A stretch of 64,000 nucleotides of DNA from Octopus vulgaris (Eukaryota). Shown here one piece after another: positions 29,260 to 42,855 of the stretch. The stretch spans positions 101,804,001 to 101,868,000 of the forward strand of contig OX597815.1 in the NCBI GenBank assembly GCA_951406725.2, given 5' to 3'. Both the position numbers and the translations under genes were made by a program. Numbering within the stretch: the stretch's first letter is position 1; each line of letters begins with the position of its first letter. The notes under the pieces are model-generated. The model was not told the DNA's origin, ran no database searches, and saw nothing but the letters and a program-made list of their open reading frames with translations.

Positions 29260-30784
29260 TATGTTTGCGTTTGGCTTTTTATTTGTACAAGTTGGCTCCA
29301 AGTCTCACCCAGAGACCTCAAGAGACAACAGGTAGGAAGTTCATGTTGTTGTTATGCCTAGTGTGCCATATATTTGGGGGGTAGCTTTTGGTGTTGTACT
29401 AATGAATGTCTAAAAAAAAAAATTTTTTAAATTTTTTTTTAAAACCGAAAATTGTTTGTTTTAAACCTTGAGATTACATAGAAAGTATTTTGCGTAGGAT
29501 ATGAGCAGTTCCCATGAGCACTATCTTTTGAATTTCTGCCATTTTTGGGTTTCCTGGTATCTGAGTTAGGTAGCGATCAGCCCCTTTTGCTATCATTCCC
29601 AGGGCACCTATGACAACAGGTATTGTTTTAGTCTTCAGGTTCCACATTTTGCTGGTTTCTATTTCAAGATCTTTATATTTGCTCAGTTTTAGGTAGGTCT
29701 TGACAGATACGTTTATATCGATTGGGACAGTCATATCAATGAGGAGGCATGTTCTTTGTTTGAAGTCTTTCAATATGATGTCTGGCCTATTTGCATCTAT
29801 CTTTCTGTCAGTTTGAATGGTGAAGTTCCAGAGGAGTGAGATGTGGTCATTTTCAAGCACTGGGGGTGGTTTGTGTTCCCACCAGTTTTTTTCATGGGGC
29901 AAGTCCAGGTTTTTGCAGATTACCCAGTGAATATATTGTGCAGCTCTATCGTGTCTGCTGAGATACTCTGTAGGCGCTAGAAGACTGCACTTGGAGACCA
30001 CATGGTCAATGGTTTCATTTTGTTGCTGGCATACACGACACGTTGGACTGCATCTGATCTTTAATATGTTGGCCTGGTAGTTCCTTATTGGTAGGCATTG
30101 ATCTTGAGCTGCTATGATAAATCCCTCTGTTTCAGATTTTAAGCCAGAGGCCATTAGCCATTGATGGGTCAGGGCTTTGTCAACATCTGCATTATTTGCT
30201 CTCTTTGGGTATTTGCCATAGAGAGGTTTTTCTTGCCATTTATCATTCAGAATATCTAAGGCCGCAGATTTAGCACGGGTTTTCATGCGCTTAGCTTTTT
30301 CTGTGCATGTTTCTTGTATGACTATCTCTAATTCCGAATTTTTTTGTATTCGGAATTCACTTAGATATTCCTTTGCCTGTTTTGTTACTGAGTATGATGC
30401 TTTCTTGTTTTCATGTTTTGAGACAAGTTTTAACATCCAGTCCTCAGAGTTTTTCAGGTAGTTGTCTAGGCCAATTGTAGCAATCTTCATTGTTATTGCC
30501 AGTTGTAAAAGTCCAAGACCTCCCTCTTTTCTTGGCAGATAAAGTCGTTCTGTATCTGCCTTAGGGTGGTGCATTCTATGCATTGTCAACAGTTTTCGAA
30601 TTTTTCTGTCAAGATTACATATTTCAGTAATTGACCAGTTAACGATATTGAAACTGTAAGTCACAACTGGTATGCCTAATGCATTGATCGCTTCGATCCT
30701 GTTTCTCGCATTCAGCTCTGTCTTGAGCTCTGTCTCGCATTCAGCTCTGTCTCGCATTCAGCTCTGTCTCGCATTCAGCTCTGT
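29258..30784 (-). mobile_element. Second R4/Dong-type LINE (different family), 5'-truncated, C-terminal ORF open
   Basis: ORF 29474..30757 contains ERLYLPRKEGG, ETEGFIIAAQDQ, CRVCQQQNETIDHVVSKC, RHD, RPDII, LLIDM and KLSKYKDL. (TAA)n lies on both sides. Confidence 0.92.
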
Positions 30785-30829
30785 CTTCTTCTTCTTCTTC
30801 TTCTTCTTCTTCTTCTTCTTCTTCTTCTT

Positions 30830-30910
<81 letters not shown>
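30704..30910. repeat. 17-bp tandem repeat TCTCGCATTCAGCTCTG (about 4 copies) plus (TTC)n and (TTA)n at the LINE 5' junction
   Basis: Directly visible. Confidence 0.9.
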
Positions 30911-30912
<2 letters not shown>

Positions 30913-31100
30913 GGCGGCGAGCTGACAGACACTTTAGCACGCCGGGCAAAATGCTTAGCGGCATTTCGTCCTTCTTCACATTCTGATTTCAAATTCCACC
31001 GAGGCCGACTTTGACTACTGGGGTCGATACAATCGACTTACTCCCCACAAAAAGAAAAGAAAAAAATACTGTTTGCCTTGTGCCAAAATTTGAAATCATT
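30911..31100 (+). mobile_element. SINE family B
   Basis: AAGGCGGCGAGCTG...AAATGCTTAGCGGCATTTCGTC...GGGGTCGAT...GTGCCAAAATTTGAAA. Confidence 0.8.
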
Positions 31101-33129
31101 ATTACTACAACTTGTAGTACTATACTGTTCGAAGATTTTGGTTAGCAGCCATACAAATGTACTGTCTTCAAGAGATTTTAGGCGATTTTTATCGACTTGC
31201 AATACGGTAAACTAGTACCTATCTATTGATCTCCTACCGTAATGGACTTAGGTGTAAAAGAAAATATCTTGGATGGAACTAAAGAAATATACGAAGGTAT
31301 CATTGATTGATGTAGAAGTTGTGAACTACACGCCGATACAGAAAGTACGCACGCACTCACACCTGTACAGACACGCGCTCGCAGACACAGACAGACAGAC
31401 ACACACACACGCGCGCGCGCGTGCGCACACACATACGTACATACATACATACAGATATACATACATGCATGCATAAATACATGCAAACATACATACATAC
31501 ACACATACTTATATACATAACTGAGATTAACTAGATAGGTTTTTGACCATTGTTGAATCAGTCTACTTCTAATTTAATAGCACCACGTGAGGTAATCTTT
31601 CAAGCCATGCTTCAGGACTTCACAGTTGTTATTTACTAGGTATAGGTGCTTGTCTGAAATGAGTTGGACGGATTTGTTCAGGTACCGATTGAGCGTTATG
31701 GGGTCTTCATTTTTGATTTACTTTCGGAGTAATTATTGATTACAGCAGGAGCTCAATTTTTGCAGATGATATATGGCCCTTGGACAAAGCCTTGCTTGAC
31801 TTGTGAAACTCATACCGGTATCATTTGGACAGTGTTGATGGAATATTCTTCACGCTGTACAAATAATGTGGCGCTCAGGGTGGTGGAAAATAAAGAGACG
31901 GTCCCAGAAATCAAACCTTATCATGCCATTTATTTAGCTTCATGCGTGTAAATGTGTGTGTGTGTGTGCATGTGTGTGTGTATGTGACTGAGTGTTTGTA
32001 TGTTCGATTTCTGTAGCGCATATAAAGTTTTGCTTGGTGAACGAAGACCATAAGAGGCAGTAAATATTTAAGGTGAGAAGCGGTAAACTTCACTCGCGAC
32101 GCTAATGCAAAAAGGCTTGCCTAAGACACCTCTGCGTAAGATTGAACCTGGAGCCGTGCTGTAAAGCAAACGTCTTGATCACATAGCTCTGTCTGCACCC
32201 ATGACCTCTCTCTCTCTCTCTTTCTCTTCCCTTCTACACTCAAACTAAAAGCTAAAGTGCAACGAAATCAAACAAAAACAAAAAAATCCCATAAAAACAG
32301 ATATCTTTATCAAAAACAATATCATGAAATTAAGCGCAAGTCGAAGTTGCGTAAGATAAATATTTCTTTCTTCTGTGTAGCAAAGCAGTGGAGAATTCCA
32401 TTGGAACGTTCTTGAGTTTGCTGTTAGCATTTTAAACAAGTAACCAGTATTAAATGTAATGAATACCCAGCAAGAATAGAAAATTAAGTATGCAACTTGA
32501 GAGTGAAGATTAAATTGACGTTAATTAAAAATTATGACTTGGAGACAACTTTGAAGGAAAAAAAATCCTAATAAAAAATTCCTCACATTACCACAAATTA
32601 TTAGAAAGGGCGACGAACCCTTATATTTATTGCAATTTTATTCTGTTTTTTAATTGTAAAATATTATGCCCGGTACGGTTTAGTTTCTATTTACCATGAA
32701 CTATTTCATACGGTTACATGTGTTCAAGTTTGGATTGAAATTAAGAACGTTGTTGTATAGTTTATACGTCAATTTATCAGCTATATAAACTCATTTTCAT
32801 TAAGGGTAGCTATATTGGGTTGAAATCAAAACTAAGCTTACTGATTAAGTTGTGGGCTGGTTTTATAGACACTGCGTCTTCTTTTTTTTTCTGTGGATTT
32901 CGCTGTGGTATATTTTCTGCTTTAATGAAAATTGTAACCAATAGTACCATATAATAATCATGTTTACATTATATATGCTCTGCAAGTGTCCTGATTTGGT
33001 TGCTTCACCTCTGTTGAAGTCTTATAAAAGGCTTGTCACTACCAAGGTTTCAATCTCACTGTTGTAGGTTGAAAGGGTCGTAGTGATAAACCATAAGTAA
33101 AATAATATAAACTACATATCTTGTATTCA

Positions 33130-33332
33130 ATTATTTGTTTCCGTCATTTGACTGCGGCCGTGCTGGAGCACCGCCTTTTAGTCGAGCAAATCGACCCCAT
33201 GACTTATTCTTCGTAAGCCTAGTACTTATTCTATCGGTCTCTCTTGCCGAACCGCTAAGTGACGGGGACGTAAACACACCAGCATCGGTTGTTGCTGGTG
33301 TGTTGGGAGAACACACACAGACACACAAACGT

Positions 33333-33386
<54 letters not shown>

Positions 33387-33548
33387 GACGGGCTTCTTTC
33401 AGTTTCCGTCTACCAAATCCACTCACAAGGCTTTGGTCGGCCCGAGGCTATAGTAGGAAACACTTGCCCAAGGTTCCACGCAATGGGACTGAACCCGGAA
33501 TCATGTGGCTGGTAAGCAAGCTACTTACCACACAGCCACTCCTGCGCC
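33130..33548 (-). mobile_element. SINE family A, full length
   Basis: Minus strand GGCGCAGGAGTGGCTGTGTGGTAAG (A box)...GGTTCAGTCCC (B box)...ACCTTGGGCAAGTG (CORE-like), ending in the LINE-like 3' tail. Confidence 0.9.
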
Positions 33549-33594
33549 TTTTGTATTGAAAAGTATTTTTTATAATCTTTCTACTGTCAGTACA

Positions 33595-33780
33595 AGACCT
33601 GAAATTTTGACGGTGGGGGCTAGTCGATTACATGAACCAGATTGCTTAATTGGTACTTATTTTATCGACTTCGAAAGACAAAGTCGACGTCGGCGGAATT
33701 TAAACTCAGATCGTAAAGCCGGAAGCAATGTCACTAAGCATTTTGTCCGGCACACCGACGATTTTGCTAGTTGGCGGCTT
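33595..33780 (-). mobile_element. SINE family B, diverged
   Basis: TGGTACTTATTTTATCGAC...AAAGTCGAC.TCGGCGGAATTT...CTAAGCATTTTG. Confidence 0.75.
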
Positions 33781-33981
33781 TATTGAGTGCTAAATATGAC
33801 AGAGGTCTAATTTCATAGAATCAAGTTCAATGAACATAACACCGCTCCCCAAAATAACATGTATTGTTCGTATATGTAAGCACACATATATGTAAACTTA
33901 CACACTTACACACACATGCTTGTATGTACAAGTGTATATAAATATATGTATACATTTGTGTACATATGTCTATGAATAATC

Positions 33982-34017
<36 letters not shown>

Positions 34018-34020
<3 letters not shown>

Positions 34021-34416
34021 TATAAGGGATATTAGCCAACCGAATATGGCTAGGGACAGGGCAGGGTGGTGGGGGTGTCACTGTTGCATTTAGCTCCAGG
34101 CGAACATCAACGTCACCAGATAGGCCTGACGCCATCACGGCGTCCTTTATCTTGCAAAGGGAGATCACTCACCAAGAAGCCGATACCACACACGGACCTA
34201 GGTTTCAAGGTGTATTGCCTATTATCAACGTGTGGTAGGCATCGCTTCTCGATGAACGACCAACTTTGCAAGATACATATAAGGATTTTCAAGTAAATAC
34301 CTTTACTGATTTCGAAAATCCGTTCGACAGCAATAATAATTCTCTAAATGAGATATAGACAGTGACTGCTCCGTAATATAAGGGATATTAGCCAACCGAA
34401 TATGGCTAGGGACAGG
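34018..34416 (-). mobile_element. Retrozyme-like element: 356-bp unit with identical 43-bp terminal direct repeat and a hammerhead
   Basis: TAATATAAGGGATATTAGCCAACCGAATATGGCTAGGGACAGG occurs at 34018-34060 and 34374-34416. The interior is densely hairpinned. Confidence 0.78.
34186..34236 (-). ncRNA. Type I hammerhead ribozyme with U3-A8 core variant
   Basis: Minus strand: ACCACACG-TTGATAA-T-AGG CAATACA CCT-T-GAAA-CCTAGG-TC-CGTGTG(TGG). GUC cleavage falls between 34195 and 34194. Confidence 0.78.
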
Positions 34417-34849
34417 CCCTGATGATGACAACAATGATAATGACGGTGGCATTGATGAGGATCGTAATCGCGAGGATGACGGCGACAATAGTAACATCAA
34501 CAACACCGACGACGATGATTATTATTTCAGCAGTAGCAGCAATGTGTCATCAGTGAAAGCCAAATGTGTCAGCATAGTTTTCTATCCTATTAACTCGGAA
34601 TGATCATCCTGCACTAGCTTGTTTAACTACTTGTTGAGAATGTATGACAATATCAGATTATTTATCTATTTATTTATTTATTTATTTTGAAATATTACCT
34701 TGAGAGTCTGTGTATGACAAGACTAGAAGGGGCGAAAGCCCTTTTTGAATATGATGTTGAAAATCTGTGCTTGACAAGACGAAAACAAAGCTCTTTTGAA
34801 ATATTGTTTTCTCTTATTTCTTCATCTTCTCCTCTCCTTCTCCTGTTCC

Positions 34850-34970
34850 TCCTTCCTTCCTTCCTTCCTTCCTTCCTTCCTTCCTTCCTTCTTCTTCTTC
34901 TTCTTCTTCTTCTTCTTCTTCTTCTTCTCCTTCTCCTCCTCCCCTCAACCTCTCCTCCTCCTCCTTCTTC

Positions 34971-35002
<32 letters not shown>

Positions 35003-35091
35003 CTACTTCTTCTCTTCTTCTCCTCCTTCTTCTTCTACTTCTTCTTCTTCTTCTTCTTCTACTTCTTCTTCTCTTCTTCTCCTCCTTCTTC

Positions 35092-35122
<31 letters not shown>

Positions 35123-35156
35123 ACTTCTTCTTCTCTTCTTCTCCTCCTTCTTCTTC

Positions 35157-35188
<32 letters not shown>

Positions 35189-35244
35189 CTCATCCTCATC
35201 CTCCTCCTCCCCTCAACCTCTCCTCCTCCTCCTCCTTCTTCTTC

Positions 35245-35276
<32 letters not shown>

Positions 35277-35360
35277 CTTCTTCTTCTCTCTTCTCCTCCT
35301 CCTCCTTCTTCTTCTTCTTCTTCTTCTTCTTCTTCTTCTCTTCTTCTCCTCCTTCTTCTT
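34850..35360. repeat. Compound (TTCC)n/(TTC)n/(CTC)n polypyrimidine microsatellite
   Basis: Directly visible. Confidence 0.95.
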
Positions 35361-38360
35361 CTCTGTCGTCGTCGACGTCATCAACACCAGCATCACACTA
35401 CCATTACCATTATTTTTGTTTATTTTAAGACGGTGGTTTTATGCAACTACTAGTGGTACTTCTAGTTATTTAGTAAGTTAATGTAATCTATTCAGTGACT
35501 ATGATTGGTATTATTCTATCGCTGTTGCTGTTCCTCTTGTTGCTACTGTTGCCTTATTCACCAACAAACTCGCTAACCCACCCACTCTAGTGTCTGGCAC
35601 ACAAATGGGGTGCTTCCTCTCTGTACATTTTCGATTACTATTACAATGAATTAATTTTCTCAGAATTAGCTGTTTCAATGACGCCTACACTCAAACCCAC
35701 GAGCCTCATTCATTCCCATTCTTCTCGTCACCCATATTTTCCTCTTCCTTCAAGTATCGCATTAACCATTTTTCTGGATTATTTAACGTTGTCCAGATGG
35801 AATTTCTTCCTTGCCTATAACTTTCCTGTAACCATCAACTTGTAACAAACTCAAGTAAGACCCAAAGTTCGATTCTGAGACGGTGCTACTGCTACACACA
35901 ATCATCCTAATCAAAATCTAGAGAAAGGCCAATTATCTGATTAACATGAAATCTTCATTAACAAATTCCATTTCTTGTTCTTGGACGTAAACTATTTACT
36001 TTGTGCTTTTCCTACTGCTATTGCAATAAGCTCTGCTCTTCAGAACAGGATCTTGTGCTATCTGTATCCAGGCACTTTCAACTCATTAACACCAGTCTTC
36101 TCTCTTCAGAACGTCGCCTTATGAAATTCCGTTCGTTCACATGTCTTTGATACAGTCTTTGATTTTCAATAGTTGATATAGAACGTTAACAGCATCAATC
36201 CCACCAGTCTCAGAGAACCTGCGAAGGCCATGGGCATTGTTCATTTTTCCAGACTTAGTAAATTATCACAAATATTAGCGGAGAAAGAAAGGTTATAATT
36301 AGTCGATTGACATCACACATACAAGAGTGACTGCAAAAAAAAGGGAGGTGCAGGAATACGACACTGTGATGTGACATGACCAAGCAAACAACAAAAGGGG
36401 TATCCAAAAGAAGCAGGTGAATATTGACCTGTAGGTTCAGTAAAATGAACTAGTACCGAAATGTAACTTCGAATTATCTAGCAAATACCTTAGTTGCTTT
36501 GATGTATTACTAATTCATTTTTTTCGTCTCTGCTAATATCTGAACAAAATGGAACACATCCAGTTCTACGGTTAAAATTCATTTTCCAAAGTAAATCTGA
36601 AAATTTAGATCTCGAAGTTAAAGCTAATTTTTGCCAATACTGTTTCTTTGATCCTGTTCTTAGATGATGTCGTTATTGTTGTTTCATTGAACAGAGCCAT
36701 GTTCAAAGACATTTCAGCCTTGATCATTCCGAGTTTCGATATTCATGCATAGTTCTTTCTACGATTATATTGTACAGTGTGTCCTCTATTAAGACGATAT
36801 AGTGTTATGTAATGGTGATATTCTATTCAATTTCTTGGAAATGTAGCGACAACGTAGTATTTTCCGCGATGAATCGAACTTAGATCTAAATGTTTGGTTA
36901 TTTTTCACCTAAACCAGGACATCGGCTAGGTATGATCAACCTTTTCAGAAAACATTTTCCCAAAGTTAAGATACTTGACCCAGCTGTAGTTCTATTTCTG
37001 ATATAAACTGAAAATAAAAGTAGATCGTATGACGTTTAAAACTTTACCGTCTATTGAAGATTGGTGGAGGAATGGTAGTGATCGTAGTGAGAATTTGATT
37101 CTAACTCGAGGGAAGTACATTTCTTAATAACATATTCAGAAGCCGAAAGGCGGTGCTCAGAACTCATTCCAAGGTATTCGAGAATTGTAAGAAGTTATCT
37201 TACTAGCGCTCAACCGGGATAGAGATACAGTTTACCTACATATAATAAGGCTTCCACTCAATTTCCCTCTATTAAATGTTATCTCAAAAACTGTAGTTGG
37301 TATGAATTATGATACACGTATCGACTAAATAACTTTCTTTACCACACAATTATATCTGCACCCATACAACCGATCGGCAAAAAAAGACAACTTCGAGTTT
37401 GCAATGAAATTCATTACCTAAAATTGAGTGGTGTATTTTCCAAGTTGATAATTAAGAAACCATCACAAGCTTCTTTGTCTTAATAATGTTAGTGGAGAGC
37501 GCTGTCAGTTGTTCAAACATCATTGCAATGATGTAAAAGAATCGTACTTGAATTAATGTTTGGACAGGAAAGCTGTTCATAGAATATGCGTCCAATGTCG
37601 CTTATGTAGTCTGTTTCAAAATTCTACTGGGTTGAGTTTACATTTCAGATTTCAGTAAAATACAACATAATGATCATTTGGGAACAAGTATTGCTTTAAT
37701 GCCTACCATAAAAGGTAGGAACCCACATTTGACGTCGTACCTTGTGTTTGATCTTGCACTTAAGCACCACCAACGTAATGAAACTAGTTTTTAAACCATA
37801 TGTCTTCCCCACAGAAAATGAGCCATATTTCTAAGTAACAAGCCATCATCATTACCACCACCATCATTTTAATTTTATTTATCTGTATTAAGTTTTGCAG
37901 TTTTAATTTATGGAGCTCTGTATTCCGAGTTCGAAACCCACTGAGGTAAACAATGACTTTTGTTCTCTTTGAGTTGACAAACTAAATGGAAGTCAAGCAC
38001 AGGTGTAGGCTTAATTGGCTATACCTTTCTCTATAAATGAATGGCTTTATGCCTGTGTCATAAATCATTATTATGCTTTATTATGTTTATCCTACTTAAC
38101 ATTCTTTGTTCAAATCCTGATGGAGCCAATTTTGCCTTTCATTCTACAGTTAACTTGAATTGACCAGATAAATACTGATCAAAACTGGGAAATTTAAAAC
38201 TACTCCCAGCTCCCAAAATTTGTAAGCGTAGGGTCATTAATTTCTAATGGAGTCGTAGGGATAACATCGTGACATAGGATGTGCCTTGGACATTTTATGT
38301 CTGTTGGAGCCTATCCTTTTCAAGTTGGGAACATTGGGGATTACTTCCAGAGGAAAGTGT

Positions 38361-38409
<49 letters not shown>

Positions 38410-38714
38410 AAACAGACATACATATTCTCTCTCTCCCTCCCCCTCTCTTTCACTTCTGTGTGTGTTTCGCACAGAGAGCGAAGAATCGACTCCAGTATAT
38501 GAATGATACTTTATATATCGATCGGGAAAAGATGAAAGGCAAAGTTGACTTTGGTACGATTTGAATTCAGAGCAGAGAGAAAGACAAAGAGAGAAAAAGA
38601 GAGCGATAGAGAGAGAGACAGAGAAACAGATAAAGATACGGAGAGAGAGACAAAGAGACAGAGACAGAGAGAGATAAATAAAGAGAGAGAGAGAAAGAGG
38701 GGGAGAGAGAGAAA

Positions 38715-40175
38715 GAATTTCTTGCCCCTAACTCTACTGAACATTGAGTATAAGATTTTGTTTAAAGCGATGATTTTTCAAAGTTGTTCGAGCGTTAGAT
38801 AGAATGCCTCGCATTATTTGTTTCGGCTCATTTTGCTCTGAGTTCAATTCCCGCCTAGGTCAACTTTTTCTTTCATAACTTCGAATCGATAAATAAAATA
38901 CTAATCCAGTGGGGTGGATTGACGGAAGCTTTGCCGTACCTGATTCGTTTTTACTTTATGACGGAAACAACTGCAAGGAAACTGACGCTTAATATGTACC
39001 AGCTCGAGTCGGTGGCGTTTCGCTTGAATAAATATTAGTGGCATGGAGAGAAGAGGGGAGATTGTGTCTATGGTCAACTGTAAAGCTTCTAAAAACATGT
39101 TGCCTAGGCTTGTACATGGACTGAACAGTATCATCGTCAACCTTGACTGACGGAGGCCGTATGTAGTAAGTGTTTCGTGCTTGTCGCCAGTAGTATGATC
39201 GGGAAAGAAGTAATATTTGCACGATCCTGGACAGATCTTCCCACGACAACCTCCACCACGTGAAAAATTAGAAAGAGGTTGGGTTACCAACCTATATTCG
39301 TTGGAGTTTTGATCAGTCGAAAGTTTTCGATAGGCTTAGCCATCGCTACTTGGCAGTTGTCATCAGTTCAACAGGTATTCCGTTTTCAGAGACGGGATCG
39401 TTATAGCGTAAGGTGGCATCTAACTAGTGGTCAGACTAAATGGCCTCCTATCGGAACCTTTTCGAATAACACATTCAGCCCATCATGGTTGTTCTCTCCC
39501 ATCTTCTTTGCCTGCACTGCTTCTCGAGCTAGGGGTGTGGAAACTAGAGGGGAGAGACACCCTGTTCGAAATAAGACATGTATTCTATTTCAGGATATAT
39601 ATGAACAAATTCACTGTAATTATGTCAAGTATCTCAGGTGATGAAGTAAAAAGAAATTTACTCCTTCAAGAGGGTGAAACCGGCATTTGGAGAGGCAAGT
39701 CAGCACCATAGAGTACTGAACCGATGACCCAGTTAAATGGTTCTGGGTTTGGTTTGGCTCTGATCTCTAGATACACTGAAACTAAGACAGAATTACGAAC
39801 AAGGTGGCAAGCTTCCCCTAGAAAAAGTTGGGAAGAACTTCCATTCATGCTGTTTGGAATCGGCTATCAGCAAAGTCCATTGGCTATCAGCAAAGTTCAT
39901 TGGCTATCAGCAAAGTTCATTGGCCGATGACAGATAATTTTTCCACAATTTAGTGGCTTTGGCGAAAGATATTGTATGGTGGACACCCCAACCACACATA
40001 CACTCAAACACAGACATAAGGACACTGACATAGGCCAAACGCTCATCTACTTTTCAAAGTCCCATTTGGAGAAGAAAGTTAGGGTTGAGAAGAAGGGAGA
40101 AGTGCTGTCCTACAGTAAATTTATTGAAAGGTGGATCAAAGTGGTGAAGCATGTCACTAATGAAAGGGCGTACTC
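38715..40175 (+). mobile_element. Fragmented, old L1/Tx1-clade LINE ORF2 relic
   Basis: FLPLTLLNIEYKILFK (about 38718-38765) resembles the RPISLLNxDYKILAK motif. VRLNGLLSEPFRITHSAHHGCSLPS..LLLE (about 39430) resembles RxGVRQGCPLSPL. A C-terminal-like KKVRVE..VLS...FIERW lies near 40070-40140. Interrupted by other repeats. Confidence 0.6.
39862..39924. repeat. 20-bp tandem repeat x3 (GGCTATCAGCAAAGT[C/T]CATT)
   Basis: Directly visible. Confidence 0.9.
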
Positions 40176-41241
40176 TGGTACGTACTTGCATGTTCGGAAA
40201 TACATCTGGAAGATGGTACTCATCCTTGGTCGTAAGGGTAATGCTGGATTTGTGGAGTTTCTTAGTTGACTCAATGTGTCGTGTTCTACCAATTAGGTTT
40301 CCTCATATATGTGGATACTGTGCATACTTTGTCTCTTTTTTCAATTTATTCGATTTCTATGCAACTCCAACTCAGTTTTGTAAGCTGTTTCTGTAATATT
40401 CATGTATCACCCCCGTGGTAATCATAAAAATATTGTTATTCTTTATTATCTTTCAGGAGGCGATGAACTTAGTTTTGCAAACCATTATGTTCCAACGTCT
40501 AATCCCTCCGATGTTTATAAAATATTGACGGTCGATATGATCCACTATTATCTATCCAAGGAGTGAATGAAATCATAATACAAGACAAGACCACATCTCA
40601 GTTGTAAAAGATGGGGCTTTGTATCTGTATCAGAAATCAATACAATAACCTTTTAGAGTGGGTTGTTGAACGAAATGGTATAGCATCAGTGTTCTGTAAA
40701 CGAGAAAGAGGACTTGAACAAGAGAAAAAAACCCAAAGTGTTAGAAACACTTTTTTACCCCCTGAAATTGCTTTAATTCTATTACTGTTGTATACATGCC
40801 ATTTAAACGGCGAGCGTATGCATGTGAACATATAAATTTTTAAACCTTTTATTTTATGCAAATAAAATCATAGCTTTATATACACGCTCATATATATATG
40901 ACTATTTATTGTTAAGTATAACATGTGTGTGCGTATGTGTGTAACTTTATTTACTTACACACACACACATACACTCACTCACACACACACACACACATAT
41001 ATATAGCTAGCTAGCTAGATAGATAGATAGATGATAGATAGACGGATGGATGTAAGTATCTATACACACATCGGTATATAAGCACATCCACTCATATACA
41101 TGTGTTTTATTCTGTGTATGCTTTTGTATGTGTTCCTGCGATTATACATACAGTTGTTTTGTTAAATCTCATAGATCTACCCGTATATATAATTTAGTAT
41201 ATATGTGCACGCGTTTTCATTTGCACATAGTTTTCTCCAGA

Positions 41242-41274
<33 letters not shown>

Positions 41275-42212
41275 TGTATGTATGTATGTGTGAACAAATA
41301 ATCGTACGTTCCCTTCCAGCACATTCGACTTACAACAGAAAGGCGATTTCACACTTTGTCTACACACACGTAGTGTTAGTTATTTTAATATCATATTCTG
41401 GAGTTTGAACCGGGCGGAGCACACGGCACTGATGTCCAGCGAATGGATGAAATAAGGTGGAGAGAATAAAAGAGGGACTTTCCTAATCAACGATATTTGC
41501 TAATATAACAATTATGGTGGTGTGTAGTACTTATAGCTTAGAGGGTGGGTTGGTGTTGTCCACTAGCAAGGGCCCAGCATTATTTTATTTACTTTATATC
41601 TATCTTTTTCATTTCTTTTTTTTTTATACCCCCTTAATTATCATTTTGACTTGATTAATTTTGAATATTCGTTTGTTTGTTTTATTTGTGTGTGTTTTTC
41701 GCTTTGCAAAGGTGAAGAAATATAAATATGGGAGAGCCTTAAAAAAAAACCCTTAAAAATATAAAAAGAAGATAATACGGTTGAAGAATAAGAAAAAGAA
41801 TATAAAGAGAAAAGGAGACCCTGTTGGGAGGGCTACACGTCGTCTGCTTGCCTCTGTCTCAACCCTCACTGCTTTTTGATGAGTTTTGTCCCCTTTCTGA
41901 CAAAATATGTGCATCACGTTTTTATTATCATGTTAGTTTTGCCCATTTTTTTCAGACTAGAGTAATAGGGAGAGATATTATTTAATGAAAGGAGGAGCTG
42001 TACTGCGCACGCGTAAGCTCAACCTCTTTCACTTTTCTTCCTTATCATGGACGATGCAGCTAGACGAGAAGAGGGCACGTGACTGCACACGTGTGAGTGT
42101 GTATGCCTCTATTTCTGAGAGATGTGTGTGCGAGTAACAGTCACTCACGATCTTTCTGTCTCTCATTATACATACAAATATGCAATGTGTGTGCGTATGT
42201 GTGTGTTTGTGA

Positions 42213-42263
<51 letters not shown>

Positions 42264-42553
42264 CCTGTATATATATATATATATATGCCTATATATAATA
42301 TATATATGAACTTATGATCTATGATCGTCAACAAATTTGTGCGTGCGTATGTATGTAGCTATATATTTATACATGTTTGTATATTTGCAAGTATATTTGT
42401 ATGTGCACGTGTTTACATGGGAATATCAAATATGCGGGTGAAATTTGAATGTTTGAAAGTTACTGTAACGTTAAGGAACTCCTATAGAACTATACAAAAC
42501 GGAAATTTAAGCGTAGACGCAAGGAGCGAGAAATCACAAAACAACGTTAACGC

Positions 42554-42611
<58 letters not shown>

Positions 42612-42638
42612 CATATGTATATGTATAAGCATGTATAT

Positions 42639-42672
<34 letters not shown>

Positions 42673-42831
42673 AATATATATATGTGTGCGTGTGTGTGTG
42701 TGCATACAAAAATACACGTATGAAAACCATTGGTAACAAAAATTAACATAGGGACAGACTCATGTTAAAGGTTTAACTACATTTATATATTTATTTATTT
42801 ATTTATTTATTTATTTATTTTGCCTCCATAG

Positions 42832-42855
42832 GAGCTGCGGATGAAAATAATGACA
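42832..42855 (+). other. Candidate 24-nt micro-exon
   Basis: Acceptor TTTTGCCTCCATAG, then GAGCTGCGGATGAAAATAATGACA, then donor GTAAGA. Length is a multiple of 3. Confidence 0.3.

Noticed and set aside
33480-33548. tRNA gene
   Set aside because: The A and B boxes belong to a SINE head that continues into the SINE body, and there is no complete cloverleaf.
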